Positions 29,063-38,482 of a stretch of 64,000 nt of DNA are shown in pieces. Under the pieces are notes generated by a model, which saw only the letters and a list, made by a program, of their open reading frames with translations, was not told the DNA's origin and did no database searches. The stretch comes from Dialister sp. UBA734 (lineage in GTDB: Bacteria > Bacillota > Negativicutes > Veillonellales > Dialisteraceae), in contig DBLC01000097.1 in assembly GCA_002297935.1 (NCBI GenBank), positions 13,156 to 77,155 of the forward strand, read 5' to 3'. The translations under genes and the position numbers were made by a program. The stretch's first letter is position 1. Every line of letters begins with the position of its first letter.

Positions 29063-31293
29063 TATTCTTCTCCTCCGTTTTCTTCCATGACGTCCATCAT
29101 GGTTTTGGTCCCATCGTTCATATCCTGCAGCTGGGCGGCGCTGCAATAGAAAGATTCGCCATTTCTACCGATTACCTGGAACATTCCATTTCCGTAAGGT
29201 TCATAATCTACAATGCCTGCTCTTGCCAACCCGGCCATAGAAACGTTATAGTCTTCATCGGCACTGAGCCAATGATCTTCGTGGTAAATATTTTTTGTTT
29301 GTACCACTTCCTGCGCGATGCGCTTGATAACATCTTGGCTTGCTGGATAGCCGTTGGGATTAGGAATCATTTCGTATTGGTTATTGCTATACTGATAGAT
29401 CCTCTGTCTTATCAGTCCCATTGTACTGGCGTCGAATTGAGAACTATCTACTCCGGTATAGTCAGCCAGCTCTTTGGCGGATGGTAATTCTACGGAAAAT
29501 TCTTTATCCCCATGTTCATAGCGATTCCACGCCGATTCAACTGAATCTTTCTGCGCATCTGTCAATGCGTACCCGTTATTGGCTGCCAATTCCAGCTTAT
29601 TATCCAAGTCTTCTCTACTGACTATTCCTGTACCTATGAGGCTAATCAGGTTATTTACCATCTTATTGGTCGAATATCCTGTCCCACCTTTCCCAGCAAT
29701 GCTTCTAGCCGATTCTGCTTTTTCTTGTGCTTTGGCATTAGCCATTAGAGACTTGTACTGAGAGGAATCGGCGAAAAGAGGATTACTAGCTGCAATTCGA
29801 TCAATATAAGATTCCTTCTCTTGTGGAGTCATGGTAGACATCGGAATTTTCATATCATCCAATGTTCTTGCAAGAGATTCCTGTTGTTCCTGCTTTCGTT
29901 TCATCCATTCGGATTTGGCCGCTTTTTCTCTATTGACTTCCAGTTGTTCTTTTTCTTCATCAGACATGGACGCCTGCCCTGCATAGTTCTTGGCTCTGGC
30001 TTCCAATCCGGCTGCATAGGTATCTTCGTTGTCTGTGTAATAACCATGTTTTTTCATAAGTCTAGCAACGTCAGAAGGGGAATGAACTGACTTGATTTCT
30101 TCTTCACTGCAGTTATTCTTGATCCAATTCACATAAGACATGGCTGCATCTTCTGGGGTGTTGTAAACCTTGAACTTTGCTTTGGTATAATATTCGTTCC
30201 CGTTTTCATCCAGTTCCCTAGTATTGAGTTCCTGATAGTCACCTTCGCCATCCCATTTGATACCAAAATAATTATTTCCCGGTGCTGCTTCACCGCCGGC
30301 AGATTCAAAGTCGGCTACGGCATAGCCCCATGATGGGTCCCACCCCAATTCTTTTCCGATTTTGTCACCAACGCGTCCTAGGTCAGTTGTACTATGGGTA
30401 ACTTCTAATGGATGGGAGGCACTCCATTTTGCGTAGTAATCTTCAAAAGAACCGGTAAGGCAATTTACATTGTCTTCTGTCATTGCCCCTGTAAAATCTT
30501 TTTTCGTTGTAGATTCTGTTTTGGTAGCAGTAAACAGCGCTTCAAACTTTTTCATGGTAGCTTCGTCGGCCCCCAACGTTCTAAAGTAACCAACCGTATC
30601 CAGGCCCGCTGTATAATCATTTGTCGTTGCCATGGAGTTAAGTGCCTTCTCCGCAATGGAGTTAATCGCCTGCTTTGTCTTCAGGTTCACTGTTGATTCA
30701 TCCCATCCTCTGCCGGCCATATTTGCTCGTAAAAGCGGCATAAAGGTATTCATACTATTTCTCATGTTTTCTGGGCTCCGTATAATCGAATCAACGGTAT
30801 TGTCCAAAAGCGTTTGTGCCTGATTGGTTGCATAAAGATCCAGCTGCTGTTTCTGATACTTGTCGATAGTATCTAACGCTCCGGTTTGCATGGATTCACG
30901 TTTCTGTTTAAAAGCAGCAATGGCATAGTTAGAAGAAATTCCGTGATCTTTCATGATCTGGTTGTATATTTCTTCTTCTCCTTTTTGGTAATCCTCTTGT
31001 AAGGACTCAGCATTTTTCCCTTGATGGGTAACGTAAAGGCCTTTGTTTTCATCATCCATCATAGAATTAACTCTTTGCATATAATCGTTTGTAGCATCTA
31101 TGATTCGATCATTCTGGTCCTTGGTCCACTGTTTCTGCACCATGTCCATGGCGGCCCCTAGCGAGGCATTCAGTGCTCCTGCGCCAGTTTGGTTAGATCC
31201 ATAAGCCGCCGGAGAATCGACAGCCTGGACTTTGCCATTGATGATGTTTTTATTCACATTCGGTGTGAATTGTGTGAGTTTCATCAGTTCCAC
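29062..31293 (-). CDS. Internal virion protein with GH73-like glucosaminidase domain
   Basis: 743 aa. The block DFESAGGEAAPGNNYFGIKW...YTKAKFKVYNTPEDAAMSYVNWI resembles FlgJ / mannosyl-glycoprotein endo-beta-N-acetylglucosaminidase. Positioned among ejection proteins. Confidence 0.65.
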   Translation of the reverse strand: MELMKLTQFTPNVNKNIINGKVQAVDSPAAYGSNQTGAGALNASLGAAMDMVQKQWTKDQNDRIIDATNDYMQRVNSMMDDENKGLYVTHQGKNAESLQEDYQKGEEEIYNQIMKDHGISSNYAIAAFKQKRESMQTGALDTIDKYQKQQLDLYATNQAQTLLDNTVDSIIRSPENMRNSMNTFMPLLRANMAGRGWDESTVNLKTKQAINSIAEKALNSMATTNDYTAGLDTVGYFRTLGADEATMKKFEALFTATKTESTTKKDFTGAMTEDNVNCLTGSFEDYYAKWSASHPLEVTHSTTDLGRVGDKIGKELGWDPSWGYAVADFESAGGEAAPGNNYFGIKWDGEGDYQELNTRELDENGNEYYTKAKFKVYNTPEDAAMSYVNWIKNNCSEEEIKSVHSPSDVARLMKKHGYYTDNEDTYAAGLEARAKNYAGQASMSDEEKEQLEVNREKAAKSEWMKRKQEQQESLARTLDDMKIPMSTMTPQEKESYIDRIAASNPLFADSSQYKSLMANAKAQEKAESARSIAGKGGTGYSTNKMVNNLISLIGTGIVSREDLDNKLELAANNGYALTDAQKDSVESAWNRYEHGDKEFSVELPSAKELADYTGVDSSQFDASTMGLIRQRIYQYSNNQYEMIPNPNGYPASQDVIKRIAQEVVQTKNIYHEDHWLSADEDYNVSMAGLARAGIVDYEPYGNGMFQVIGRNGESFYCSAAQLQDMNDGTKTMMDVMEENGGEE

Positions 31294-32009
31294 CCATTAA
31301 ACCCTTTCCACTTCTTCGGTGCCATGAATGTGTTGAATGTCGGTTTGGAAGAGGTAATGATTCCAGTGTTTAGCTTCGGTAGATTCATACCTGCAGATTG
31401 ATACATGGATGTTGGTGTGGTGTATGTCAGGTTCCCGCTAGCAAGGTCCCCATTAAAACCGCTTCTAGCTTGCATAGTTTGGCCGCTCGCCTTACTGGAT
31501 GCGCCGCCAAAAGTCTTATAAGCACCGTACATGCTGAGAGCGGTATTGAGCAAAGAGGAAATTCTAGCAGACTTCGCCTGGCTTCGTGTATTAGCAGCGG
31601 CGGCCTGGGCCTGGTTGGCCTGGTTCAAATAGTTTACCTGGTTGATATAGGCACTCTTGGTATCGTTCCGCTGGTTCCCTAACAGGTTCATGGAGTCAGT
31701 TCTCCACTGATCAACAGCGGCCGCATTGGCATCCAATACACTTCCGCCGGTCAAGCCGGAAGCACCGGCTGCAGCATTCTGCTGGCCAATGATGAGTTTT
31801 CTCTTGGCGTCCAGCTGTTGCTGTTTCTGTGCATACTGGTCTGCGATCTGGGATCGCTGCTGGTCTGCGATTCTAGCATTCTGCCTTGCGGCGTCGGCCT
31901 GTGCATCATAGGCGGCCGCTTGGGCTTTATATTGGGCATTCTGGGATCGGTAGGAGCTATACCCCTGCATGGCCGCTAGTCCCATCATGGCTGCGGTTAC
32001 ACTACACAT
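31284..32009 (-). CDS. Internal virion protein (Q/A/N-rich)
   Basis: 241 aa, low-complexity AQ-rich (AAYDAQADAARQNARIADQQRSQIADQ). Position matches a podovirus core protein. Confidence 0.5.
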   Translation of the reverse strand: MCSVTAAMMGLAAMQGYSSYRSQNAQYKAQAAAYDAQADAARQNARIADQQRSQIADQYAQKQQQLDAKRKLIIGQQNAAAGASGLTGGSVLDANAAAVDQWRTDSMNLLGNQRNDTKSAYINQVNYLNQANQAQAAAANTRSQAKSARISSLLNTALSMYGAYKTFGGASSKASGQTMQARSGFNGDLASGNLTYTTPTSMYQSAGMNLPKLNTGIITSSKPTFNTFMAPKKWKGFNGWN

Positions 32010-32481
32010 GGTCTTTTCTCCTTAGTTCAAAATACAAAAATGGAACGGCATTGATGGTCACATCCCCTTCATAGAGGTCAACGCCTTGTTTGGCCATGCC
32101 TTCGATATATCGGATGGCCGGGGTATTCTCTTTAGAAATACAGTTATAGACTTTCCCGTATTTGTTTACGGCGTCTTTGATAAAGCTATAGCCAATGAGC
32201 ACTAACGCTTTCTGGTGTTTCTTGACGGCTTCGGTTCCCAGACACCAAATGGAGTTTCCTGCAACCCCAAAGACGCAAAGCAATGTGTCTTTATATCTGG
32301 CCGCGTAAACTTCGTCGGAGTCCTGGATGGAATGAGACACCGTTGCTGTCGGCGTGCATCCGGTGGCTTTGCATTCTGCGATGTCTTCTTTCCGCATGTT
32401 TCTAGCCATCTCAAAGGCGTAGTATGGGGAGTTTTTTTTATCTACTGGAGTGACTTTGACTCCGTATTTATTTTTAAGCAT
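32002..32481 (-). CDS. Hypothetical virion-module protein
   Basis: 159 aa, overlapping both neighbours by 8 nt (translational coupling). No motif recognised. Confidence 0.5.
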   Translation of the reverse strand: MLKNKYGVKVTPVDKKNSPYYAFEMARNMRKEDIAECKATGCTPTATVSHSIQDSDEVYAARYKDTLLCVFGVAGNSIWCLGTEAVKKHQKALVLIGYSFIKDAVNKYGKVYNCISKENTPAIRYIEGMAKQGVDLYEGDVTINAVPFLYFELRRKDHV

Positions 32482-35170
32482 TAACGACTACCTCTCTGAT
32501 CAGCGCGGCTAGATTAAATGGATAGGGGTCTCTTGATACGATGACGACTCGGCCGTTTTTTTCCACGCCTGGGTTTGGGATGGTAATTTCTTTGTCACCA
32601 GTGTAGAGCGTAATTTTCTGGTCTGATAGTTCTTCGTATTTGATGTCGTCCATTTTCCCTACTCCGTTCCCTATCTTGCCTCCTAAAGAGCTTCTAAGGC
32701 GTAAAGCAGCGGCTCTAACATTTTTATATCTTCCCTGGAGTGTCCCGTTCTGGGATTGGATTTCTATGTTTGGAAGTTCAATGGTCATCTGGTAGGGATA
32801 ACCGACAATGGCATAGGATACTTCGGTTGGTAGGGTGACGGTTCCATCTTCTACCGGCATATCGGCAAAGTATTTCCCATCTGCCATGACGGATACTTTC
32901 CCAGTGATCCAGTCTACATTCAGCGTATCGGTTGCTTCATCCAATGTCATGACTTTGGAACAGTCTGACATGATGTAGTCTTTTGGATTGTTGGTATCTT
33001 CGTTCGGCATAAGCTTTTCAATATAGGTCTTTCCATTCCGTTCTGCAGCGGTGTAAATTTCATCCGCCGTGTCACTAGAGATATTCACTACGGCCAGATA
33101 CTTTCCTTCTGTTACCATATGGCTCCAGGCGTAAACTTTCTGGTCATTGATGTACGCCAGACAGATCATCTCGCCGTCTGATCTGACAAAGTAGAGTCTG
33201 GAGTCCGGGTCCTGCATGTACGCGGCGTCTGTGATGGTATAGCCTCGCAAAAGGTTCTTGGCTAGAAGAGTTAGGTCCATACCGTCGTAGGAGTCTGTTT
33301 CAAAAGAGTAGGCCATATCTCTAATGGTCTGGGATCGGCGCTGGATGTATATCAAACGACTGCCGATGGAAATAGGTTCCACTTCTGTGCATCCGCGGAA
33401 GGTCTGTGCTTTGTTTGTACACTTGGTTGGCGTCACGGTATCTCCGCCAGAGACGGTCCATTCGTTAGAATCTGTCAGAATAAACAAATCGGACGCTGGA
33501 CAGATGTGTTTGATCTCTGCCTGCTGGCGGGAAATAAAGGATAGGCAAATCGCACTGTCATCTGTGACTGTACCATCTGCTTTCTCCACGGAGAAATTGT
33601 TATAGTCGCCGGTCCGACTCATCCATAGGACGTAGGGCTGCATTTTAGTCCCTCCAAAGAGGAGTCGGTCCTGAAAGAATCCAACGGTCCTTGGATAGCC
33701 ATATCTTTGGTTCCAGGCGCCAAAGGAATAGCTATCTACTTTCCCTATCTGTCCTAGCACCTTTCGTACTTGGCAAGTAGCACTGGTGGCAGAATTGACA
33801 GATTTGATTTCTACGATACCTGCTTTCGTGTAGGCCGTGGCCGTGAGGTCTGCTTTCCCTGCGGTGGCCACTAATCGCATTCGGATATTGTCTGCTTCAT
33901 CTACGGTGCCGGATTCGCTGACATTGTTATCATCGTTGGACTTATATGTTCTAAAGTCTTTCCACTCGCCGCCATTGATGGATTGTTGGATTTTGATGGA
34001 ACCGGTCCAGGTACCATGAGTGATGATCTTCCAGGATGCTCCAATGAGGATGGCGTCCGTCGTCTGCGCGCCGTTTGTTGTGACTGTTTGTGCTGGGATG
34101 TCCTGAGACAGTTTCATCCACATGCCTTTCATATCAGTGGAAAAGAAATTTTTATCAGAAGACAGTGTGACTTCTCCCGCCAATCCAGAAACGGAAAGCG
34201 TTGGTTCATCCATGGATTTTAATGTTACCCAACCAGGCTTTTCGCTTTTCCCACCGCTCCCGTAAGAAACACCGTCTGTACCGCTATATACATGGTATCT
34301 CCGCTTAAAAAATCTTCCTGTATAGGTTGCATAACCGCCAGTTCCGCCTTCTCCGCCTTGTGCTTCTAGCCCAAAAGCTGAAGAGGTTTCCCCCTTACCA
34401 CCTGTTTCTCCGGTATATCTACTTCCTGTTTGCGTAGCCTTGTCTGCACCATTTTTACCAGGAGCACCAATGATAATCTGATAAGCTGTATCCGCCTTGA
34501 GATAAACTATCTGGGATACGATAGCTCCGCTTCCTCCGGCACCACCATTAGCCAGCGTGTCGTTGTGTCCGCCTTTTCCGCCTTTACCCCCACCAGCACC
34601 AGCCACTGTAATGGCATAGTTTCCTGTTTTGGGGCATGTCCAGGCGTAGGTTCCTGCTTTGTCCCACTTCTCATCAGACACGCTGTTATCTACGGTTAAG
34701 GTCTCGTCAAAGTACTGGCTGGTAAATGTCATTTCTTCAAATCGCCAATCTGTATCGGAGTAGTGTTTGAGCTGCATCACTGGATGAGTCCCGGAGGCGA
34801 TGTACATAATGTCGGCACTCTGACAGGTTCTCAGCTTCTCCAGTTCCGCTTCTGTGTAATTGGTGGTGATTTCTTGCCCGGTGAATTTACCATCTTTCCA
34901 GATGCGGATATATTTATCCCCTACTTCCAGCATAAAAGCGTTGTTGACACTGGATCGGAATTCGAGTAAGCGCACTTTAGATTTCTTGGCCAGTCCGCAA
35001 TAGAGAGAACCGGTGCGTTTGTATGCGGCTCCATAGGGTCTGATATAGCAGTTTTCCGCCTGCAGTAAGGCGGCTTGGTATTTGTCCAGGTCAATTCTGT
35101 TGGCTACTTCTGGTGAGATTTCCCCCGTGGCAAATGAGGATTGCATGACATACATAGTTTCTTGCGGCAT
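32474..35170 (-). CDS. Tail tubular protein B / nozzle-like protein with inserted glycine-rich domain
   Basis: 898 aa. N-terminus SSFATGEISPEVANRIDLDKYQ resembles podovirus nozzle / stabilisation proteins. Residues about 165-315 (nt 34226-34678) are Gly-rich: TGNYAITVAGAGGGKGGKGG...GGAGGSGA...IIIGAPGKNG. Confidence 0.65.
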   Translation of the reverse strand: MPQETMYVMQSSFATGEISPEVANRIDLDKYQAALLQAENCYIRPYGAAYKRTGSLYCGLAKKSKVRLLEFRSSVNNAFMLEVGDKYIRIWKDGKFTGQEITTNYTEAELEKLRTCQSADIMYIASGTHPVMQLKHYSDTDWRFEEMTFTSQYFDETLTVDNSVSDEKWDKAGTYAWTCPKTGNYAITVAGAGGGKGGKGGHNDTLANGGAGGSGAIVSQIVYLKADTAYQIIIGAPGKNGADKATQTGSRYTGETGGKGETSSAFGLEAQGGEGGTGGYATYTGRFFKRRYHVYSGTDGVSYGSGGKSEKPGWVTLKSMDEPTLSVSGLAGEVTLSSDKNFFSTDMKGMWMKLSQDIPAQTVTTNGAQTTDAILIGASWKIITHGTWTGSIKIQQSINGGEWKDFRTYKSNDDNNVSESGTVDEADNIRMRLVATAGKADLTATAYTKAGIVEIKSVNSATSATCQVRKVLGQIGKVDSYSFGAWNQRYGYPRTVGFFQDRLLFGGTKMQPYVLWMSRTGDYNNFSVEKADGTVTDDSAICLSFISRQQAEIKHICPASDLFILTDSNEWTVSGGDTVTPTKCTNKAQTFRGCTEVEPISIGSRLIYIQRRSQTIRDMAYSFETDSYDGMDLTLLAKNLLRGYTITDAAYMQDPDSRLYFVRSDGEMICLAYINDQKVYAWSHMVTEGKYLAVVNISSDTADEIYTAAERNGKTYIEKLMPNEDTNNPKDYIMSDCSKVMTLDEATDTLNVDWITGKVSVMADGKYFADMPVEDGTVTLPTEVSYAIVGYPYQMTIELPNIEIQSQNGTLQGRYKNVRAAALRLRSSLGGKIGNGVGKMDDIKYEELSDQKITLYTGDKEITIPNPGVEKNGRVVIVSRDPYPFNLAALIREVVVNA

Positions 35171-35172
35171 GG

Positions 35173-35766
35173 TTATAACCTCGCGTTGATATAACTATGA
35201 GGCAAAGACGGTTTGTGTTCGTCTTGGATAGCAGAGGTATACTTTGCCAAAGCGATGGCATTTTGAGCCAGCTGGAAGTTATTTTGTTGTAGCTGACTGG
35301 AGGCGGTTAATGGATACGCCAGGGAGGCGGCTAATGAATAGGCCAGTGCCTGGGTAAAGGTAGGCGGGAAGATACCTGCGTTTTCCACATCAAAAGTGAA
35401 ATCGCAATAGGCGTCTTTGATATTGGTGCAGATGGCTTTCTGGCTTTCGTTCACTGCTAGCGTTGTATAGATGGGGTTTCCATCTTCTTTTTTGTCCGCC
35501 CCTGCTTCATCATAGATTTTTCGAATCACTAATGCTCCTGCGGGGAAGGCATAGGTGAAACGCCAGCCTGGAGTTTCTTTATCTAAGAGGGCTAGCTTCG
35601 TGTGCCTATGAGCAAATTCCCATGGGTACATGGATAATAGGTTTTGACGTGTCAGATCATAGTACAGTTTGCAGCTTCTGGCTTCTTCAGAATCTTCGCT
35701 CATAGAATCGATTCTCCCTTTTCCGATAGCCCCTAGTGCAATGTTACAAATTTCAGTAGAGTTCAT
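35173..35766 (-). CDS. Tail tubular protein A / adaptor-like protein
   Basis: 197 aa. N-terminus EICNIALGAIGKGRIDSMSEDSEEARSCKLYYD resembles podovirus gp11-like adaptors. Immediately upstream of the nozzle gene. Confidence 0.55.
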   Translation of the reverse strand: MNSTEICNIALGAIGKGRIDSMSEDSEEARSCKLYYDLTRQNLLSMYPWEFAHRHTKLALLDKETPGWRFTYAFPAGALVIRKIYDEAGADKKEDGNPIYTTLAVNESQKAICTNIKDAYCDFTFDVENAGIFPPTFTQALAYSLAASLAYPLTASSQLQQNNFQLAQNAIALAKYTSAIQDEHKPSLPHSYINARL

Positions 35767-35847
35767 AGTTTCCTCCTTGTGATTCTTTCACTCCGCATAA
35801 GGATAAATGGTTATCCCCATGCGGCGTGAAAGAATCCACGCCCTGCA

Positions 35848-35985
35848 TTAGCAGTATTTTTCAATGAGCTTAATGAGTTGCTCTTTGGTGTCTGTATCCT
35901 TGTACTCGATGCCGGCTTCGTAGAGTCTAGCTCGGAGTTCGTTGATAGACAGGTTCTTTAGCTTTTCTTTATTTGAGTACAACAT
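35848..35985 (-). CDS. Small HeH/SAP-like protein (45 aa)
   Basis: Hand-translated MLYSNKEKLKNLSINELRARLYEAGIEYKDTDTKEQLIKLIEKYC. LSINELRARL...KEQLIKLI is a helix-extension-helix-like pattern. Confidence 0.35.
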   Translation of the reverse strand: MLYSNKEKLKNLSINELRARLYEAGIEYKDTDTKEQLIKLIEKYC

Positions 35986-36319
35986 CGGTCACCATGGCTA
36001 CGGTCACGATACCAGAAGTAGCGCCAGTCACGTCTACTCGCATAAATTTCTTCATTCCGTGAGGAATTTTGACAGAGGCTTTGGAGCCTTCGTCTTTTCC
36101 TACAGTCAGTGTGCAAAGGGTTTTAGGAGCGGCCAGGGCTTCGTCGTCAGCTGTTTTCAGAACTACGGCGGCGTCTTTATCCAAAGCAGCATTAACGGCC
36201 ACGGAAAGAAAGAGCTGGTCATAGGCGTCACCTCCGCCGGAGTTTGCTACTACGTCACTGGTGAGCCCGGTGGAAAGATCTTTTTTCCACATAAAGGTAT
36301 TTTCTGCGTCGTAAATCAT
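35969..36319 (-). CDS. Capsid decoration / cement-like protein
   Basis: 116 aa directly after the major capsid gene (start codon overlaps the MCP stop). Size and position match BPP-1-type cement proteins (inference). Confidence 0.5.
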   Translation of the reverse strand: MIYDAENTFMWKKDLSTGLTSDVVANSGGGDAYDQLFLSVAVNAALDKDAAVVLKTADDEALAAPKTLCTLTVGKDEGSKASVKIPHGMKKFMRVDVTGATSGIVTVAMVTDVVLK

Positions 36320-37341
36320 TATTTTGCCTCCTTGATAACTGCTTCTTCGTCGGTGATAGCCTGTTCTTCCAGTACGCGAATACCGTTGACGTAGTATTCT
36401 GGCATACCGTCCATGGCTTCCTTACGGGTAATGTAGATGTTGGCTTTGTCGTTGTAGTAGAGGTTCAAGAGGGTCATCATAAATGGAGATACGTACCATG
36501 CACAATCGACGTTCATGAAATGACGGATTCGGTGCTGGGCGATGATCATCTTGTCTACAATGGCCTTCTTCTGTTCCGCGGTGGCAGATTCCAAAGACAG
36601 TGCTGCGGTATCGATGTTTCTGACGGCAGATACCATTCTAGGATCGTGGACAGCCAAGCCTGCGTTCCAGTCATAAATGGTGAGCAGTGCTTCGTACTGT
36701 TTGCCGTCTGGGTCTGTTACCATGATTTCCCCTTTATCGGTTCTGGAGAATCCCGCTGTAGAGTTCTTTGGATAGATGCCGGTGACGGCCTGATCGCCAA
36801 AGCAGACAAGATATGCAGATGTCTGCTTCTTAGCTGTGGTGCCACCGCCGTTAATTACCTGATAGGATGCGTCACCTACTTTTCCGCCATAGGTGTTATA
36901 GCGGGTAGCAATGCCGTTAAATTCATCGGGGTTCTTGTCACCATTACCATAGAAGAGCATATCGCATACCTGCTGGGTCATACCCATAACCATGGCACGG
37001 TCTTCAGACATTCTATAGGCCATTGGATCGTTCTGCAGTTTCAGCAGCTTTTTATCAATCTGGGAGTGGCCTTCAAACATTACACAATCGTCGGTGATCT
37101 GACGGGTTGTGGATTTGGAATTTCCTACGCCACGATTGATACGACGGATTTCGCCTCTTGGAAGGCTGGTTCTCTGTGTGGTTCTATTCCCCATAGGGAG
37201 ATTGCCCTGAATCCATCTGATTCTCTCCATGAGTGGATCGGAGCGGGATACAAGTTCGATGACGTTATCGATATTACCGTCGATTGTCTGTCTTTTTCGA
37301 ATGTCGTTAAATGTGAGAGAAAGGTCTCCTACTGTTGCCAT
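36319..37341 (-). CDS. Major capsid protein
   Basis: 340 aa, strong SD (aaggaggaaca). Follows the scaffold gene. Size and position are typical of HK97-fold MCPs. Confidence 0.75.
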   Translation of the reverse strand: MATVGDLSLTFNDIRKRQTIDGNIDNVIELVSRSDPLMERIRWIQGNLPMGNRTTQRTSLPRGEIRRINRGVGNSKSTTRQITDDCVMFEGHSQIDKKLLKLQNDPMAYRMSEDRAMVMGMTQQVCDMLFYGNGDKNPDEFNGIATRYNTYGGKVGDASYQVINGGGTTAKKQTSAYLVCFGDQAVTGIYPKNSTAGFSRTDKGEIMVTDPDGKQYEALLTIYDWNAGLAVHDPRMVSAVRNIDTAALSLESATAEQKKAIVDKMIIAQHRIRHFMNVDCAWYVSPFMMTLLNLYYNDKANIYITRKEAMDGMPEYYVNGIRVLEEQAITDEEAVIKEAK

Positions 37342-37353
37342 TTGTGTTCCTCC

Positions 37354-38040
37354 TTATAAATTGTCCCAATTGGTGTTAGGGTATGGATTGTTATTTGCTT
37401 TGGCCGGTGTGCCACCGCCTACGCCCGGGTCTTCTTTCAGCATGGTACCGACTTTGGCCAATACCTGCAGTACGGCTTTGTTGTTTCCTACGCCGCCTTT
37501 TTCTAGTGCGTCTACAAATCCCGGATATTCTCTTTCGAGAATGTTTACAGCAACGTTGACGTTTTCCATGGTTCCTTTAAAGTTGGTTCCAAAGAAAGCT
37601 TTGGTGTCTTCTGCTTCTTTGTGGTAGGCGGCCTGCTGTTCTTCTTGCATCTTGGCCATGATAGACTGCTGCCACTGGTAGCCATAGGCGGCCAGCTGGT
37701 TGGCCTGTTCATTGTTTAGGTTCATCCCTCTGCAGATATCTCCAAATGCTTTGCTTGTGGCTTCATCCAATTCATAGCCATCAGGAATGCTCTGTGTGAA
37801 GTCATAAGCGATATTGTCATTGCCAGCAGCCTGGTTCAACAAAGATTTGGGGCCGTCCGGTTTATCATTTGCCGGTTCATTGTTGTTCTGTGGATTCCCC
37901 TGTGTCTGGTCTGTCTGACTATCCTGGATATTGTCCGCCGGAGTATCCGGTGTATTATTTGCTGGTTCCGGTGCAGTCGGTTCTGTCGGTTCAGCGAATG
38001 TCTGTAAGTCCCATTTCAATGTATTCGTGTTATCGTTCAT
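37354..38040 (-). CDS. Scaffolding protein
   Basis: 228 aa. Acidic / low-complexity N-terminus (PTEPTAPEPANNTPDTPADN) and helical C-terminus. Lies between portal and capsid genes. Confidence 0.65.
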   Translation of the reverse strand: MNDNTNTLKWDLQTFAEPTEPTAPEPANNTPDTPADNIQDSQTDQTQGNPQNNNEPANDKPDGPKSLLNQAAGNDNIAYDFTQSIPDGYELDEATSKAFGDICRGMNLNNEQANQLAAYGYQWQQSIMAKMQEEQQAAYHKEAEDTKAFFGTNFKGTMENVNVAVNILEREYPGFVDALEKGGVGNNKAVLQVLAKVGTMLKEDPGVGGGTPAKANNNPYPNTNWDNL

Positions 38041-38052
38041 GATGGTTCTCCT

Positions 38053-38148
38053 TTAGTTCATCAGCTGAAGCAAGAAGAAAGCTGCTCCGAAAAATGCCAA
38101 AACAAAAATAAGTGCTTTGGTGATTTCAATTTTCGTCTTCGTTGTCAT
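38053..38148 (-). CDS. 31-aa hydrophobic micro-protein
   Basis: MTTKTKIEITKALIFVLAFFGAAFFLLQLMN. SD ggaggt 8 nt upstream. Start lies inside the 3' end of the preceding gene. Confidence 0.35.
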   Translation of the reverse strand: MTTKTKIEITKALIFVLAFFGAAFFLLQLMN

Positions 38149-38482
38149 TGAATAACCTCCATTGTTCGTTTCTAAATGCAATGTGTTCTCTTTCTGCCTT
38201 TTGTCTAAGTTCTACCCCTTCCATGTCTAAGAGGTCGATAATCCATTGATTGACTTCTACTCCTACACTACGCCTGCCTTCGTTGTAGAAGGTGAATGAG
38301 TTTCCTGTAAAGACGTTGGCACGGTAGGCGGTCTTTTCTAAGATTCTTTCAAAGATCCAACGGCCTTCCTTGGTCTTCAGGAGTTTTTTCCAGGCTAGTT
38401 TATCCTGGTTGGCATATTCTTTTTCTATCAGTTCATTCCAGAGTTTATTGCTAGAATGGGGATCTGTGATTACTTTATTCAT
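38126..38482 (-). CDS. Hypothetical head-module protein
   Basis: 118 aa, ATGA-type overlap with the portal stop. No motif recognised. Confidence 0.55.
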   Translation of the reverse strand: MNKVITDPHSSNKLWNELIEKEYANQDKLAWKKLLKTKEGRWIFERILEKTAYRANVFTGNSFTFYNEGRRSVGVEVNQWIIDLLDMEGVELRQKAEREHIAFRNEQWRLFNDNEDEN

